Positions 18,892-28,115 of a stretch of DNA of 64,000 nt are shown here, piece by piece. This stretch comes from Spirochaetia bacterium. Lineage in GTDB: Bacteria; Spirochaetota; Spirochaetia; SZUA-6; Bin103. The DNA lies in the NCBI GenBank assembly GCA_965198005.1, contig CBDAOI010000003.1:768479-832478 (forward strand), read 5' to 3'. The notes below the pieces were generated by a model. That model saw only the letters and a list, made by a program, of their open reading frames with translations, searched no databases and was not told where the DNA came from. Numbering within the stretch: the stretch's first letter is position 1; each line of letters begins with the position of its first letter. Both the position numbers and the translations under genes were made by a program.

Positions 18892-19920
18892 TTAGAGGCC
18901 GCACAGCCGCCTCAGACTCTCCTCATCCTTCCAGGCGGGCGTTTCGTCCGCCAGCCCGGGATCTGCTCGCTCGATGGCTTTGCGCAGCATCTCGGTATCC
19001 GCGGAAGCATAGATCTCAGTGGTAGTCACGCTTGCATGTCCCAGGAATTCCGCAATATAAGGAAGCGGCATCCCGGACTGATAGAGATGCATCGCACGGC
19101 TATGTCGAAACAGATGAGGGTGCACTCTCGGCGGCACCTCAGCACATGTCGTGCGCGCACCTTCGCCGTAGTTCTTGACCAATACGCTGATCGCATCGGT
19201 GGATAGCATGTGCGGCCTACCCGCGTGCAGGGAATAGAACAGCGGCACTTCGTGACGGTCGGCGGGGCCAGCATGGAATTGCCGTAGATATTCCTTCAGA
19301 TGGGCAACGGTCTTGTCCATGAGAGGAACACTTCTGGTTTTGTTGCCTTTGCCGGTCACCAGTACGAATGGAGTTCTTGCCTCCAGATGGAAGTCGGTGA
19401 CGCGCAAGTCGACCAGCTCTTGAACCCTGGCTCCTGTGTCGTATAGCAGAATCATGATCATCCTGTTCCGTCTCCCCTTTACGGTTGTCTTATCAGGTTG
19501 AGCGAGCACCGTCCTCAGGGCCGTCTGCGACAGGTAACCGACCGGCGTCCGGGCCATCTTCAGTAATGGAATCTTTTTCACCTCCTGGAACACACTATAG
19601 AGGCTGACGTCTTCATCCGCACAGTATCTGAGGAATGCCTTGAGAGCGGATAGTCTGAGATTGCAGGTTGCGACTCCGCACGGCCTCTGGCGCAGCCACT
19701 GAATGTACTTGATCACCGAGTCTCGCGTGAAGTGATCCCATGATACATTCGCGAACTTGATCCGATGTTGTGCTTCGAGGAAGTCGCAGTACATGCCTAT
19801 CGATCGTCTGTAGGAGTCAACGGTGTGCGCACTGCAACAGCGTATTTTCGGCAGGTGCACCGTGAGGTACTCACGTACACACTTCCAGAATTGTTGTCCC
19901 GATGTGCTATCCCTGGTCAT
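18892..19920 (-). CDS. ritC: RIT tyrosine recombinase C (third gene of the trio).
   Basis: C-terminal catalytic motifs: …HPHLFRHSRAMHLYQSGMPLPYIAEFLGHASVTTTEIYA (R…HxxR…Y). The start is probably MTRDSTSGQQFWK, overlapping the ritB stop by ~14 nt. The longer ORF from 20076 is spurious. Confidence 0.75.
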   Translation of the reverse strand: MTRDSTSGQQFWKCVREYLTVHLPKIRCCSAHTVDSYRRSIGMYCDFLEAQHRIKFANVSWDHFTRDSVIKYIQWLRQRPCGVATCNLRLSALKAFLRYCADEDVSLYSVFQEVKKIPLLKMARTPVGYLSQTALRTVLAQPDKTTVKGRRNRMIMILLYDTGARVQELVDLRVTDFHLEARTPFVLVTGKGNKTRSVPLMDKTVAHLKEYLRQFHAGPADRHEVPLFYSLHAGRPHMLSTDAISVLVKNYGEGARTTCAEVPPRVHPHLFRHSRAMHLYQSGMPLPYIAEFLGHASVTTTEIYASADTEMLRKAIERADPGLADETPAWKDEESLRRLCGL

Positions 19921-20875
19921 GGTCCACCTCCGGAAGAATGGCCTCAGTGGCGCGCACCTTGGCCGCGAATGTAGCGAAGAACTCGGGAACCAGGTGAAGG
20001 TAGTAATCGGTACTTGCCAGGCTGGCGTGTCCCATGTACCTGCTGAGATAGGGGAGCATGGCGTTGACCTCAACACCGGTCGCGATCCACCGGTTCAGAT
20101 TGCTGAGCGCAAAGTGGTGCCTGAAGTCATACGCACGCGGTCGGTTGCCGCATCCCGCTCCCAGGCCCGCCGCCTTCCAGATGCGGTTGAATACTGCTGC
20201 TACGCTGCCGCCGCTGTAGCAATCCGATCTCGTTGTCGGGAAAAAGTAGATTCTCCCGGGATATATCACGGACACTCGTGCGGCATATCGACGGAGCAGA
20301 CCCAGAACGTCGGCCGGCACCGGAAGTCTGCGACTTCTGCAACCCTTCGAACGCATGATGTCGATGTGGCTGGCTTCCAGATCAACCTGCTCAACGCGCA
20401 GCGTTCTTGCCTCACCGGTCCTCAGACCACAGCAATACAGGAGGCGGAAGAATACCGGCAGGACCAGATGTCGCGCCTGCGCCGTCCCATGGGACTGGAG
20501 CTTGTCGCAGGCGCCGAAGAATGCCGTAATCTCCTGGTGAGTAAAGAAATGAGGCACGTACCTAGCGGCGGCACGGATGCCGGCTGAGGGAAGCACGAAG
20601 GCATCTGCAACGCCGATCGACTGCATATACTTGCCAAGTTCACGGATCGGCGATATCCGGATACGATGCCCTGCCAGATTTTCTCCGTCCTTGGCTTTCG
20701 CCCAACCGTGGACCAACTCTCTGCCGAGGGATTGGAATGCGGGATGCCGGGCTGCGTATCTGTCGAAATCATGGAGATAGAACTCAGCGCTCTCATAGGA
20801 GTAGCCAACGGCGCGCTTGGTCGCGACCAGTCCCGAGATAAAGGGTGCAAACAGGCTTGAGTATGCAGTATTCAT
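19907..20875 (-). CDS. ritB: RIT tyrosine recombinase B.
   Basis: …YDFRHHFALSNLNRWIATGVEVNAMLPYLSRYMGHASLASTDYYLH is a catalytic C-terminus. The likely start MNTAYSSLF gives an ATGA overlap with the ritA stop. Confidence 0.75.
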   Translation of the reverse strand: MNTAYSSLFAPFISGLVATKRAVGYSYESAEFYLHDFDRYAARHPAFQSLGRELVHGWAKAKDGENLAGHRIRISPIRELGKYMQSIGVADAFVLPSAGIRAAARYVPHFFTHQEITAFFGACDKLQSHGTAQARHLVLPVFFRLLYCCGLRTGEARTLRVEQVDLEASHIDIMRSKGCRSRRLPVPADVLGLLRRYAARVSVIYPGRIYFFPTTRSDCYSGGSVAAVFNRIWKAAGLGAGCGNRPRAYDFRHHFALSNLNRWIATGVEVNAMLPYLSRYMGHASLASTDYYLHLVPEFFATFAAKVRATEAILPEVDHDQG

Positions 20876-22107
20876 GACAGGCCTGCGCAGTTCACGGGAA
20901 TCTTGGCGAGGTCCAACGCACACTCCCTCATGCGCTGTTGGTCGGTCGCCAAGTAGACGTCGGTCGACTCTTTGTGGGCGTGTCCAAGCATGGTCGAAAT
21001 GGTAGTGACCGGGACCCCCTTGGAGAGCATCCTGGAGGCCGCAGAGTGACGCAGCACATGGAGCCCTTTGCGTTCGCTACCAACCCTTATCCCGGCTTGG
21101 AGGAAGGCTCGCCGAAGCACTGCATAACAGGCCGCATGGCCTGACAGAACGGTGAATGGGGCTAGACAACGAAGGAATACATATGAAGTAGCCGTTGTTG
21201 GACGCTCATTGAGCAGGTAAGCGGAGAGCGCATTGCCAACATCCGCGATCAGCGGGATCTTGAAGGCGATTCCGGTCTTTGACTGGGCGATTGTGATGGT
21301 GTCATTGATCCAGTCGATATCTGTGAGTTTGATCCTCAGGATGTCTACGGAACGCAATCCGGTTCGCAAGGCCAACAGGATGATGGCCTTATCCCGAAGC
21401 CGGAGTTGGCCGTTCTGCAGCACCTTTTCCAGTGCATCGTTTTCGTGGTCCAAAAGGATCGGTATGATTGGCCTGTTTCTGACACAGCGTGAAGGGACTG
21501 CCAATAGCAGCCGTTCTTCGGTTTCTGCGAATCTGAGAAACGAGCGGATGTTCGAGGCAACGGTACGAATACTGGTGGGCCGGTATGTGGCGAGCAGATG
21601 CTGGAAGAAAGCCGGTACCATAGCGGCGCTGGCGAGCGCCAGCGAAGTGCAGTCGTGGTCCTCCAGGAACAACAGGAATTGGCGGACTGCGCTGGCACAT
21701 GATTGTATCGTATTCGCGCTTTTGTTTGTGGCTGCAAGCTCGTCCATGAACCTCTCATGCAGGAGCAGCAATTCTCTCGACTTGGGCATCGGCTGGCAGT
21801 CGAATGTGTACGTGGTCCACCTGATTGCTCCGTTGGCGACGTATTCTTGCAGTATCAACGATGCTCGTCTGAGATGGTTTCGTCTGCCACGTCCGATTGC
21901 GCCCGCCTTGTGCTGTTCCTCTAGGTCATGCAGGAAACTTTGGATCAGACTGTCGCAGAAACGTTCGACGTTGCGCGCGGCTGCGTACTGCTTGAGCCGC
22001 CTATATGTTTGTCGATAGTGGTTGATCGTTATCGGGTCAAGGCCGAACTTTCCGATCTCCTGAAGAACGCTCTCGACAAGATCGTCCAACAATAGGTTGT
22101 CGTGCAT
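20872..22107 (-). CDS. ritA: RIT tyrosine recombinase A (largest, 411 aa).
   Basis: …LHVLRHSAASRMLSKGVPVTTISTMLGHAHKESTDVYLA is a catalytic C-terminus. It is first in the trio and lies directly inside IR-R. Confidence 0.75.
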   Translation of the reverse strand: MHDNLLLDDLVESVLQEIGKFGLDPITINHYRQTYRRLKQYAAARNVERFCDSLIQSFLHDLEEQHKAGAIGRGRRNHLRRASLILQEYVANGAIRWTTYTFDCQPMPKSRELLLLHERFMDELAATNKSANTIQSCASAVRQFLLFLEDHDCTSLALASAAMVPAFFQHLLATYRPTSIRTVASNIRSFLRFAETEERLLLAVPSRCVRNRPIIPILLDHENDALEKVLQNGQLRLRDKAIILLALRTGLRSVDILRIKLTDIDWINDTITIAQSKTGIAFKIPLIADVGNALSAYLLNERPTTATSYVFLRCLAPFTVLSGHAACYAVLRRAFLQAGIRVGSERKGLHVLRHSAASRMLSKGVPVTTISTMLGHAHKESTDVYLATDQQRMRECALDLAKIPVNCAGLS

Positions 22108-22183
22108 TGTGCACCTCCCTGATGATGTCCAGATGGATGTCTGGCGCTCTCATCATAGAAGGGGCCTTGCCCATCGGCCAATA

Positions 22184-22960
22184 TTATGCCGAAGTTTGCA
22201 ACGCTATCTGTTTGTGTGGAAACAAGTTACCATCAAACTTCGGCATTTCATTTTTTTCGGGATAATCAAGGAAGAACAAATCAGCCAAGCCGTGCCGTAT
22301 GACCAGCGCCCAGAGAGCGCGCAGGAACAGCTCGCTGGACTCCGCGGTGCCCACCAGCACTCCCAGGCCGTAGCGCGTGGCATCGTCAATCAGGAACAAG
22401 GCGACCCGGCGCAGACGTGCGGCGCCGGCGCGGAAATGCTTGCCGTCAGCGAGCACGCACTGCATGCGCTGCGCATAGCGCCAGCGCCGCATGTCCCCCT
22501 CACGCTTGTGCGGTCGTTGGCGCGTCGGCAGCCCCATCCGCCGGCAGGCGCGCCACACGGTGGTGCGATCGATCTTGGCGTCGACCGGGATGATGCCGAG
22601 CTCCCGCGCGCGGCGCACCAGTTCCGGCACCGAGGCGCGCGCATCACGCTGCTTCTCGGTGCGCAGAAAGGTGACCAGTTTGGGACTCAGCGCCAGTGAG
22701 GTCGCGATGCGGGTGCGGCTCTGCGGCGTCAGGGCAGCGAGGCTGCCGGCGGCCCAGGCAGCGCGCCAGCGTTGCAAGCTGCGTACGCTGACCCGCACCG
22801 GGCGCCCGTCCAGGTCCACGCGGTCGGTGCCGGCAACGCGGCGTACGGCGGCGCCTGCGGGCCAGCCGCGCACCACCAGGGCCTCGACCTCGGCGACCAC
22901 CAGGTAGCGCTGCAGCGCGGTGGTCGAGACCGGTAGCGGGGGACGATCTGAATCATTCAT
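22184..22960 (-). pseudogene. tniA: N-terminal part (HTH plus start of the DDE core) of the tniA transposase interrupted by the RIT element.
   Basis: …RVALFLIDDATRYGLGVLVGT… is the first catalytic-D region. The frame then reads into RIT IR-R (…DYPEKNEMPKF…). The start ATG overlaps the stop of orf312 (ATGA at 22957-22960). Confidence 0.7.
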
Positions 22961-23895
22961 GAGCGTACCGTAGCGCCTCCGGGGGCGCCTCGATCAAGCA
23001 ATTTCGTAGTGGGTGGAGCGCGCTCCCGAGGGCTCCCGGCACCCCCCTGTTCCCGCGCTGCGGAAGCCTCGGTCGGGGCCACGATCCAGCTCTTGCCGGC
23101 CTGCTCCCAGCGCGCCACCAGCCGCGGGCGCGGCGGCCCCCACAGGTCGCTCACCGCCCCGGCCGCCGCCATGCGGTCCCCCAGCGTGGCGGCGGCCGTG
23201 ATCGCCCGCAGCACGGCCACGATCGCTGCGCCGCGGCTCTGCCAACTGCGCCCCCAGCGCGCGGCGCCGTCCCGCACGGTCATGGTCGCTACGCCCAACC
23301 GCGTCGCGATCCGTTCGCGGGCGCCCTCGTCCAACCCCGGACTCACCCCGGTCAGGCGTCCGGCCACCTCCAGGCGGCGTCCTTGGGTGCGCCGCCGGCG
23401 CCGCTCCGGAGAGCGGTGCCACCAGTGCACCTCGGCTGGCCAGTGCTCCCCCCGCGCCGCATCCTGCGCCGCCGCAAACAGCGTCGCCTGCCACTGCGGT
23501 CGTCTGCCGGCTGCGTCCAACAGCAGGTCCCCACTTGCGCTACAGGGTGTCGCCGCAACGCGGCCATACGGGTAGTGTCCGGGCGGATACAGGGTGTAGC
23601 GCCGGCCTCCATGGACCCGGCACCCCACCACCGCTACCGCGTGGCAGGGCCCGCTCTTGCGCTTTCGGTAATGATCGACGAAGATGGCACACGTCTGCTC
23701 CCCTGTGGCGTAGACGCACCGCGACGGCAGCACGGCGCGCAAGGTCCCGTCCTGATCCGCTTGGTAGTTCGTCGTCGCCAACGGGAGCGCGTGTGCCTCG
23801 GTTGCACCCTCGGACACTCGCTGCCTCTCGTGAGCCTTGGCGGGCGGTTGTCTCCCGCCCGCCAAGGCCGCCTGAAAAAGTGAAGCCCGCAGCAT
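22957..23895 (-). CDS. Hypothetical 312-aa protein translationally coupled upstream of tniA.
   Basis: Its stop overlaps the tniA start (ATGA). It is Arg/Ala-rich with a Cys/His-containing segment, QTCAIFVDHYRKRKSGPCHAVAVVGCRVHGGRRY. No recognisable domain was found. It could in part be a GC-rich artefact. Confidence 0.4.
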   Translation of the reverse strand: MLRASLFQAALAGGRQPPAKAHERQRVSEGATEAHALPLATTNYQADQDGTLRAVLPSRCVYATGEQTCAIFVDHYRKRKSGPCHAVAVVGCRVHGGRRYTLYPPGHYPYGRVAATPCSASGDLLLDAAGRRPQWQATLFAAAQDAARGEHWPAEVHWWHRSPERRRRRTQGRRLEVAGRLTGVSPGLDEGARERIATRLGVATMTVRDGAARWGRSWQSRGAAIVAVLRAITAAATLGDRMAAAGAVSDLWGPPRPRLVARWEQAGKSWIVAPTEASAAREQGGAGSPRERAPPTTKLLDRGAPGGATVRS

Positions 23896-23995
23896 TCACC
23901 TGCTGCGGGCTCCTCACTTTATACCCCTATCGCTTCTCCGCCTACGCCATCATCACCGCAACCGGTACCCCCTCACCGCGCCCTTGGGCGCGCAA

Positions 23996-25684
23996 CGAAG
24001 AACTCAGGCACGTGCGTACGTCATATACCGGGACCTGGGAGGTCTTCGGGTCGTCCCGGCGAGTCGTCGCCGGGACCGCGGAGGGAAGGCGTGAGGCTGG
24101 ACCAAAGATGAACGACCCGAAGGAGTCGGACATGGGCATAGTAGCGGCGAAGCCGGCGAACAAGGGAGCGCAAGCGACTGCGGAGACGGTGGAGCGAAGG
24201 CCCATGACCAACGGGAATTCGCAAGGTCAAAGCACGGGCCGGACGCAGAGTCGGGCAACCGTGACACAGGCGGCCGAGCGGATACGGCAATTCGTAAAGA
24301 GAGAACCGCAGGAGAAACTCACTGCGCTGCTGCACCACGTGACGCCGGAAGCGCTGCGGGTGGCCTATTACGCGCTGAAGCGTGAAGCGGCCCCGGGGGT
24401 GGACGGGATGACGTGGCGGGAGTACGAGACGGGGTTGGAAGTGCGTTTGCACGACCTGCACCGGCGAGTACACACAGGAGCGTACCGAGCGACCCCGGTA
24501 CGGCGGGTCAACATCGACAAGCCGGACGGAGGCACACGACCGCTGGGGGTGGCCGCGCTGGAGGACAAGATCGTCCAGAAGGCCGTGGTGGATGTGATCC
24601 TGACACCGATCTATGAGGAGGAATTTCTCGGGATCAGCTATGGGTTTCGACCGGGGCGAGGGGCACACGATGCGTTGGACGCACTGGCCTACGCCATCGA
24701 ACGGCGCGAAGTGAACTGGATATTGGACGCGGACATTCGCGCCTACTTCGACACGATCTCGCGGGACTGGTTGATCAGATTCCTGGAGCATCGGATTGGA
24801 GATCGGCGGGTGCTGCGGCTGATAAAGAAGTGGCTGCGCGCTGGGGTACTGGAAGAAGGCCGACAGATCGACGCGGGGCGGGGTACAGCGCAAGGGTCGG
24901 TGATTTCACCGATGCTCGCGAATATATACTTGCACTACGTGTTGGACCTGTGGGTCACCAAGAAGTGGCGGCCGCAGGAGGCGCGCGGAGACATGATCAT
25001 AGTGCGCTACGCAGATGACTATGTCGCCGGGTTCGAGCATCGTGACGATGCGGAACGCTTCCTGCGGGAACTGAAGGAGCGATTCAGAGGCTTCGAGCTG
25101 GAACTGAACGCCGACAAGACCCGACTCCTCGAGTTTGGACGGTATGCCGAAAGGAACCGCCGAGCACGTGGGGAAGGGCGACCGGAGACGTTCGACTTTC
25201 TGGGTTTCACGCATTATTGCAGGAAGGACAGGAAAGGACGCTTCGGGCTGGGGCGGAAGCCAATTCGGAAGCGGATGAATCGTACGCTGAAGAGGATCAA
25301 GATCGAACTCCGCAGACGCATGCATGATGACGTGATGGAAACCGGGCGCTGGCTGGGACGGGTACTGCGCGGATGGCTCAACTACTACGCGGTATGCGCG
25401 GATGGCTCAACTACTACGCGGTACCCACCAGCTACCGCTACCTGCACCGATTCGTGTGGCGTCTGCGAGGAATCTGGGTAAAGATTCTACGCCGGAGGTC
25501 CCAGAAGGACCGATTCTCCTGGGCTTGGATGCTGGCGATCAGCATCGAGCTGTGGCCCCAACCCCGAATCGTACACCCATGGCCGGACCGGCGATTTGCC
25601 GTCAACCACCGAAGGTAGGAGCCGGATGGTTTAACGACCACGTCCGGATCTGTGCGGGGGGCGCCGGGTAACCGGCGTTCCTAC
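23996..25684 (+). mobile_element. Group II intron copy 1: a 5'-truncated fragment comprising the domain IV ORF plus domains V and VI.
   Basis: It is co-linear, apart from the 31-bp insertion below, with 45568-47226 of copy 2. It lacks the ~250 nt that precede that point in copy 2. A domain-V-like hairpin GAGCCGGATGGTTTAACGACCACGTCCGGATC lies at 25623-25655. Confidence 0.7.
24204..25620 (+). pseudogene. Group II intron reverse transcriptase/maturase (IEP) disrupted by a 31-bp tandem duplication.
   Basis: RT motifs include …PGVDGMTWREYE… and YADDYV, with a maturase X domain. The direct duplication GCGGATGGCTCAACTACTACGCGGTA at 25367-25428 shifts the frame within …RGWLNYYAV…. Confidence 0.75.
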
Positions 25685-26948
25685 CGCGAACCGCTGCCGC
25701 CAGGGGGGTTTAGGAGAGCCATCATGCGGCTCCGCACCCGGTGTCACGCCGGAGGCACGGTGACCTCCTCCCGTGGCGCCCTCCCTGCCGCCACGGGTGG
25801 CATGTAGCTCCCGGCCCGCGACAGGGACGTCGTGGGCTGGGAGCGGTTGTTGCTATTCCGGAGGCGCGCCCGGAACGCGCCCGACCAGGTCGACCAGCGC
25901 CGGGCTGGGGATGAGCGTGACTTGGCCGGTCAGCGCGAAGCGGCGCCTGGCATCATGTTGTTGGCGCATCATCGGGCGCCGCAGACCGAGTCGGCGAACT
26001 GCACAAGTAGCCCATCACACGACTGACGCGTCGTCCGTTCGTGGCCCCTTCCGACGCGTCCACCGCGCATCCGGAGGGAGCTGCATTCGGAGAGAAGTGG
26101 CGGTCGCGGCCGAGCGACGCTAACTGAGAACGTCAGTCGGCGTCGTGCTCTGGCGCGACTGCGGAGAGCAGGCCGAGGTTGGTCTGCACTCCTCTCAGAA
26201 GGGGCCTTGGGACACAGTTCGCGTCGCCCACCGGGCCCAACGGATTGCATGGAGGATCTACGAAACACGCAAATGGCCGGTCACGGTGTGACTGACCGGG
26301 AGGAACTATCCACTTCGCCCGTGGGCTCTTCCATGCGCCCACGGCCGAGACCGGCAACCAGCCCGAGACCGGACGTCTCGGGCTGGTTGCCTCTTAGGTC
26401 ATTTTTCCGGGCGCGCGCCCAGATAGCGACGCAGCGGGTCGACCAGCGCCGGGCTCCGGAAACCGCTTCCCGGGACCAGCGCACCCAGGATGGTCTCCTG
26501 GAAGTGCACGGCGAAGATGGATCGCGCTCAGAGGGCTGCGTATGTCTACATCGCGTGTTTTCAAACCCGCTTTGCGATGGTGATGATCTCGGCGCTCGTG
26601 TCGGTCAGAGGATCACCGCTCAGGGCTGGTGTTGAGCCCGAGATGTGATAGGGGTGGGGAGCACTGCGAGAAACTGCACGCGAAGCGGCGTTCGCCGCTA
26701 CTCGAATCGCCAATGGGCGGGTGGTGAGGGGGCCGGGAGCGGGCAATGTGCGGTCCGAGGGCCGTAGAGAGTGCGTCACGGGTTGAAACTGTCGACCCTC
26801 TCGTTGTCGGCATCGTGGAGGAAGGCGGAGTCTCCGCCGTTGTTGCAGACGTTCTGTCGAGTTGGGGAGAGGCTGGCCGGTGGATCGTGAATACCGCCGC
26901 TGGCGCTGTAGATGGTGACGGTGCCAGTCGGAGGAACGACCACTCCTG

Positions 26949-27665
26949 ATGGGATGCTTATGTGTATACTCGATCAGCTCTGTCAGCGGGAGGTCAATCG
27001 TGAACAAATACCGTTGGGAACAGATCGGAGCGGCCGGGGGCATTCTCTACATACTCCTCGGGTACGGCTACCTGTTGCTCGTTCAGCTACCAGGTCCGCA
27101 GCCTGCCCTCATCGGCGCCTCTGCAGCGACGATCACGGAGTTTTTCAACACCAGGAATTCTACGCTCTTTCACGTGGGCATCTACTTCTCGGTCCTCTTG
27201 ATCGTCCCGTTCACCTGGTATCTGGGCAGCCTTTGGGCGGCACTGCGTCGGGAAGAAGAGGAGCCGCGTTTTCTGTCGACAGTGGTCCTATTGGCCGGAC
27301 TAACGACCACGATCATATACGCGGTGCCCCACTTGGCCCTGGCTGAGCTGAGAGTCGATGACGGCCTCGATCCAAATGTTGCCCAGCTGGTTTATGACTT
27401 AGCCAATCAGGGGTTGTTTAATGTCGCGATCCTGTTCGGCGGCTTCCTGTTGGCCGTTGGAGTAGCCGTCATCCGCACCCGCGCGCTGCCTCTGTGGATC
27501 GGCTGGGCAGCGGTGGTGATCGCAGCCGGGCTCTTTGGGACGAGAGCGGCACCGATGGAATCGCTCGCGATAGTTGTGCCGTCCCTTCTCTACTATATCT
27601 GGCTGATCGTTACGAGCGTAATGTTGATCCGCCGTGCCGGGAAGGCAGCTCAAGCCGCGCAGTGA
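26949..27665 (+). CDS. Hypothetical integral membrane protein (~6 predicted TM helices).
   Basis: It has hydrophobic segments spaced ~20-25 aa apart (ILYILLGYGYLLLV, VGIYFSVLLIVPF, VVLLAGLTTTIIYAV, …). The start is uncertain and could be a GTG near 26999. Confidence 0.45.
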   Translation: MGCLCVYSISSVSGRSIVNKYRWEQIGAAGGILYILLGYGYLLLVQLPGPQPALIGASAATITEFFNTRNSTLFHVGIYFSVLLIVPFTWYLGSLWAALRREEEEPRFLSTVVLLAGLTTTIIYAVPHLALAELRVDDGLDPNVAQLVYDLANQGLFNVAILFGGFLLAVGVAVIRTRALPLWIGWAAVVIAAGLFGTRAAPMESLAIVVPSLLYYIWLIVTSVMLIRRAGKAAQAAQ

Positions 27666-27695
27666 TGGGCCTGTACGGCATCACGATACACCACC

Positions 27696-28004
27696 TCATC
27701 GACGTGCCCGATGTAATGCCAGGTCGAATCGGTCTCGGCGACGGAAGTCGAACGCCAGGTAGATGGGATCGGCGCCGATTCTGCTCTGCAGGTAGCTCAA
27801 CGCCTCCGTCGACAGAGGCTCACCTCGGCGGAGCTCGGGCGTGTCGACGCCCAGGAGCCGCACTGTCTCGGTCGTCTCAGGTCCCGGTGGCGGCGAGTCG
27901 ATGTGGACCACGAAGGTGTCGCCGTCGATGTGCCGGGTCACGGTCGCCGGTGTCATTCGAGCGATGTCCGCGTCCTGGAAGCGCCGTACTCCGGTAATCG
28001 TCAC
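27696..28004 (-). CDS. Thermonuclease (SNase-like) domain protein, short and possibly truncated.
   Basis: TVTRHIDGDTFVVHID…VRLLGVDTPE matches the staphylococcal-nuclease Ca-site motif. At 102 aa it is shorter than the typical domain. Confidence 0.45.
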   Translation of the reverse strand: MTITGVRRFQDADIARMTPATVTRHIDGDTFVVHIDSPPPGPETTETVRLLGVDTPELRRGEPLSTEALSYLQSRIGADPIYLAFDFRRRDRFDLALHRARR

Positions 28005-28115
28005 GTCGTAGACTCAGCAATTCTCGGTGAACAAAAATTGAGAGGGTCGGCGTGGGGGGCAATGGCGGGCGGGACGGCACGTAAGTGGTCGTATAGGTCA
28101 TGAGTATGTAATAAG

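Larger units (their letters stand above)
18766..22271 (-). mobile_element. Recombinase-in-trio (RIT) element: three tandem, overlapping tyrosine-recombinase genes flanked by ~100-bp imperfect inverted repeats.
   Basis: IR-L 18793-18890 and IR-R 22165-22271 share (rc) CCTTGATTATCCCGAAAAAAATGAAATGCCGAAGTTTG..GGTAACTTGTTTCCACACAAACAGATAGCGTTGCAAACTTCGGCATAA.ATTGG. Three phage-integrase-family ORFs lie between them. The left terminus carries a 34-bp near-perfect palindrome, ATCAAGGAAATGCCGAATTCGGCATTACCTTGAT (18766-18799). Confidence 0.8.

Noticed and set aside
25685-26950. Short ORFs after intron copy 1, including two minus-strand peptides ending …ALVDPLRRYLGARPEK and …ALVDLVGRVPGAPPE
   Set aside because: These look like small C-terminal relics of a duplicated gene family but are too short to assign. 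They are recorded as probable pseudogene debris, not called.
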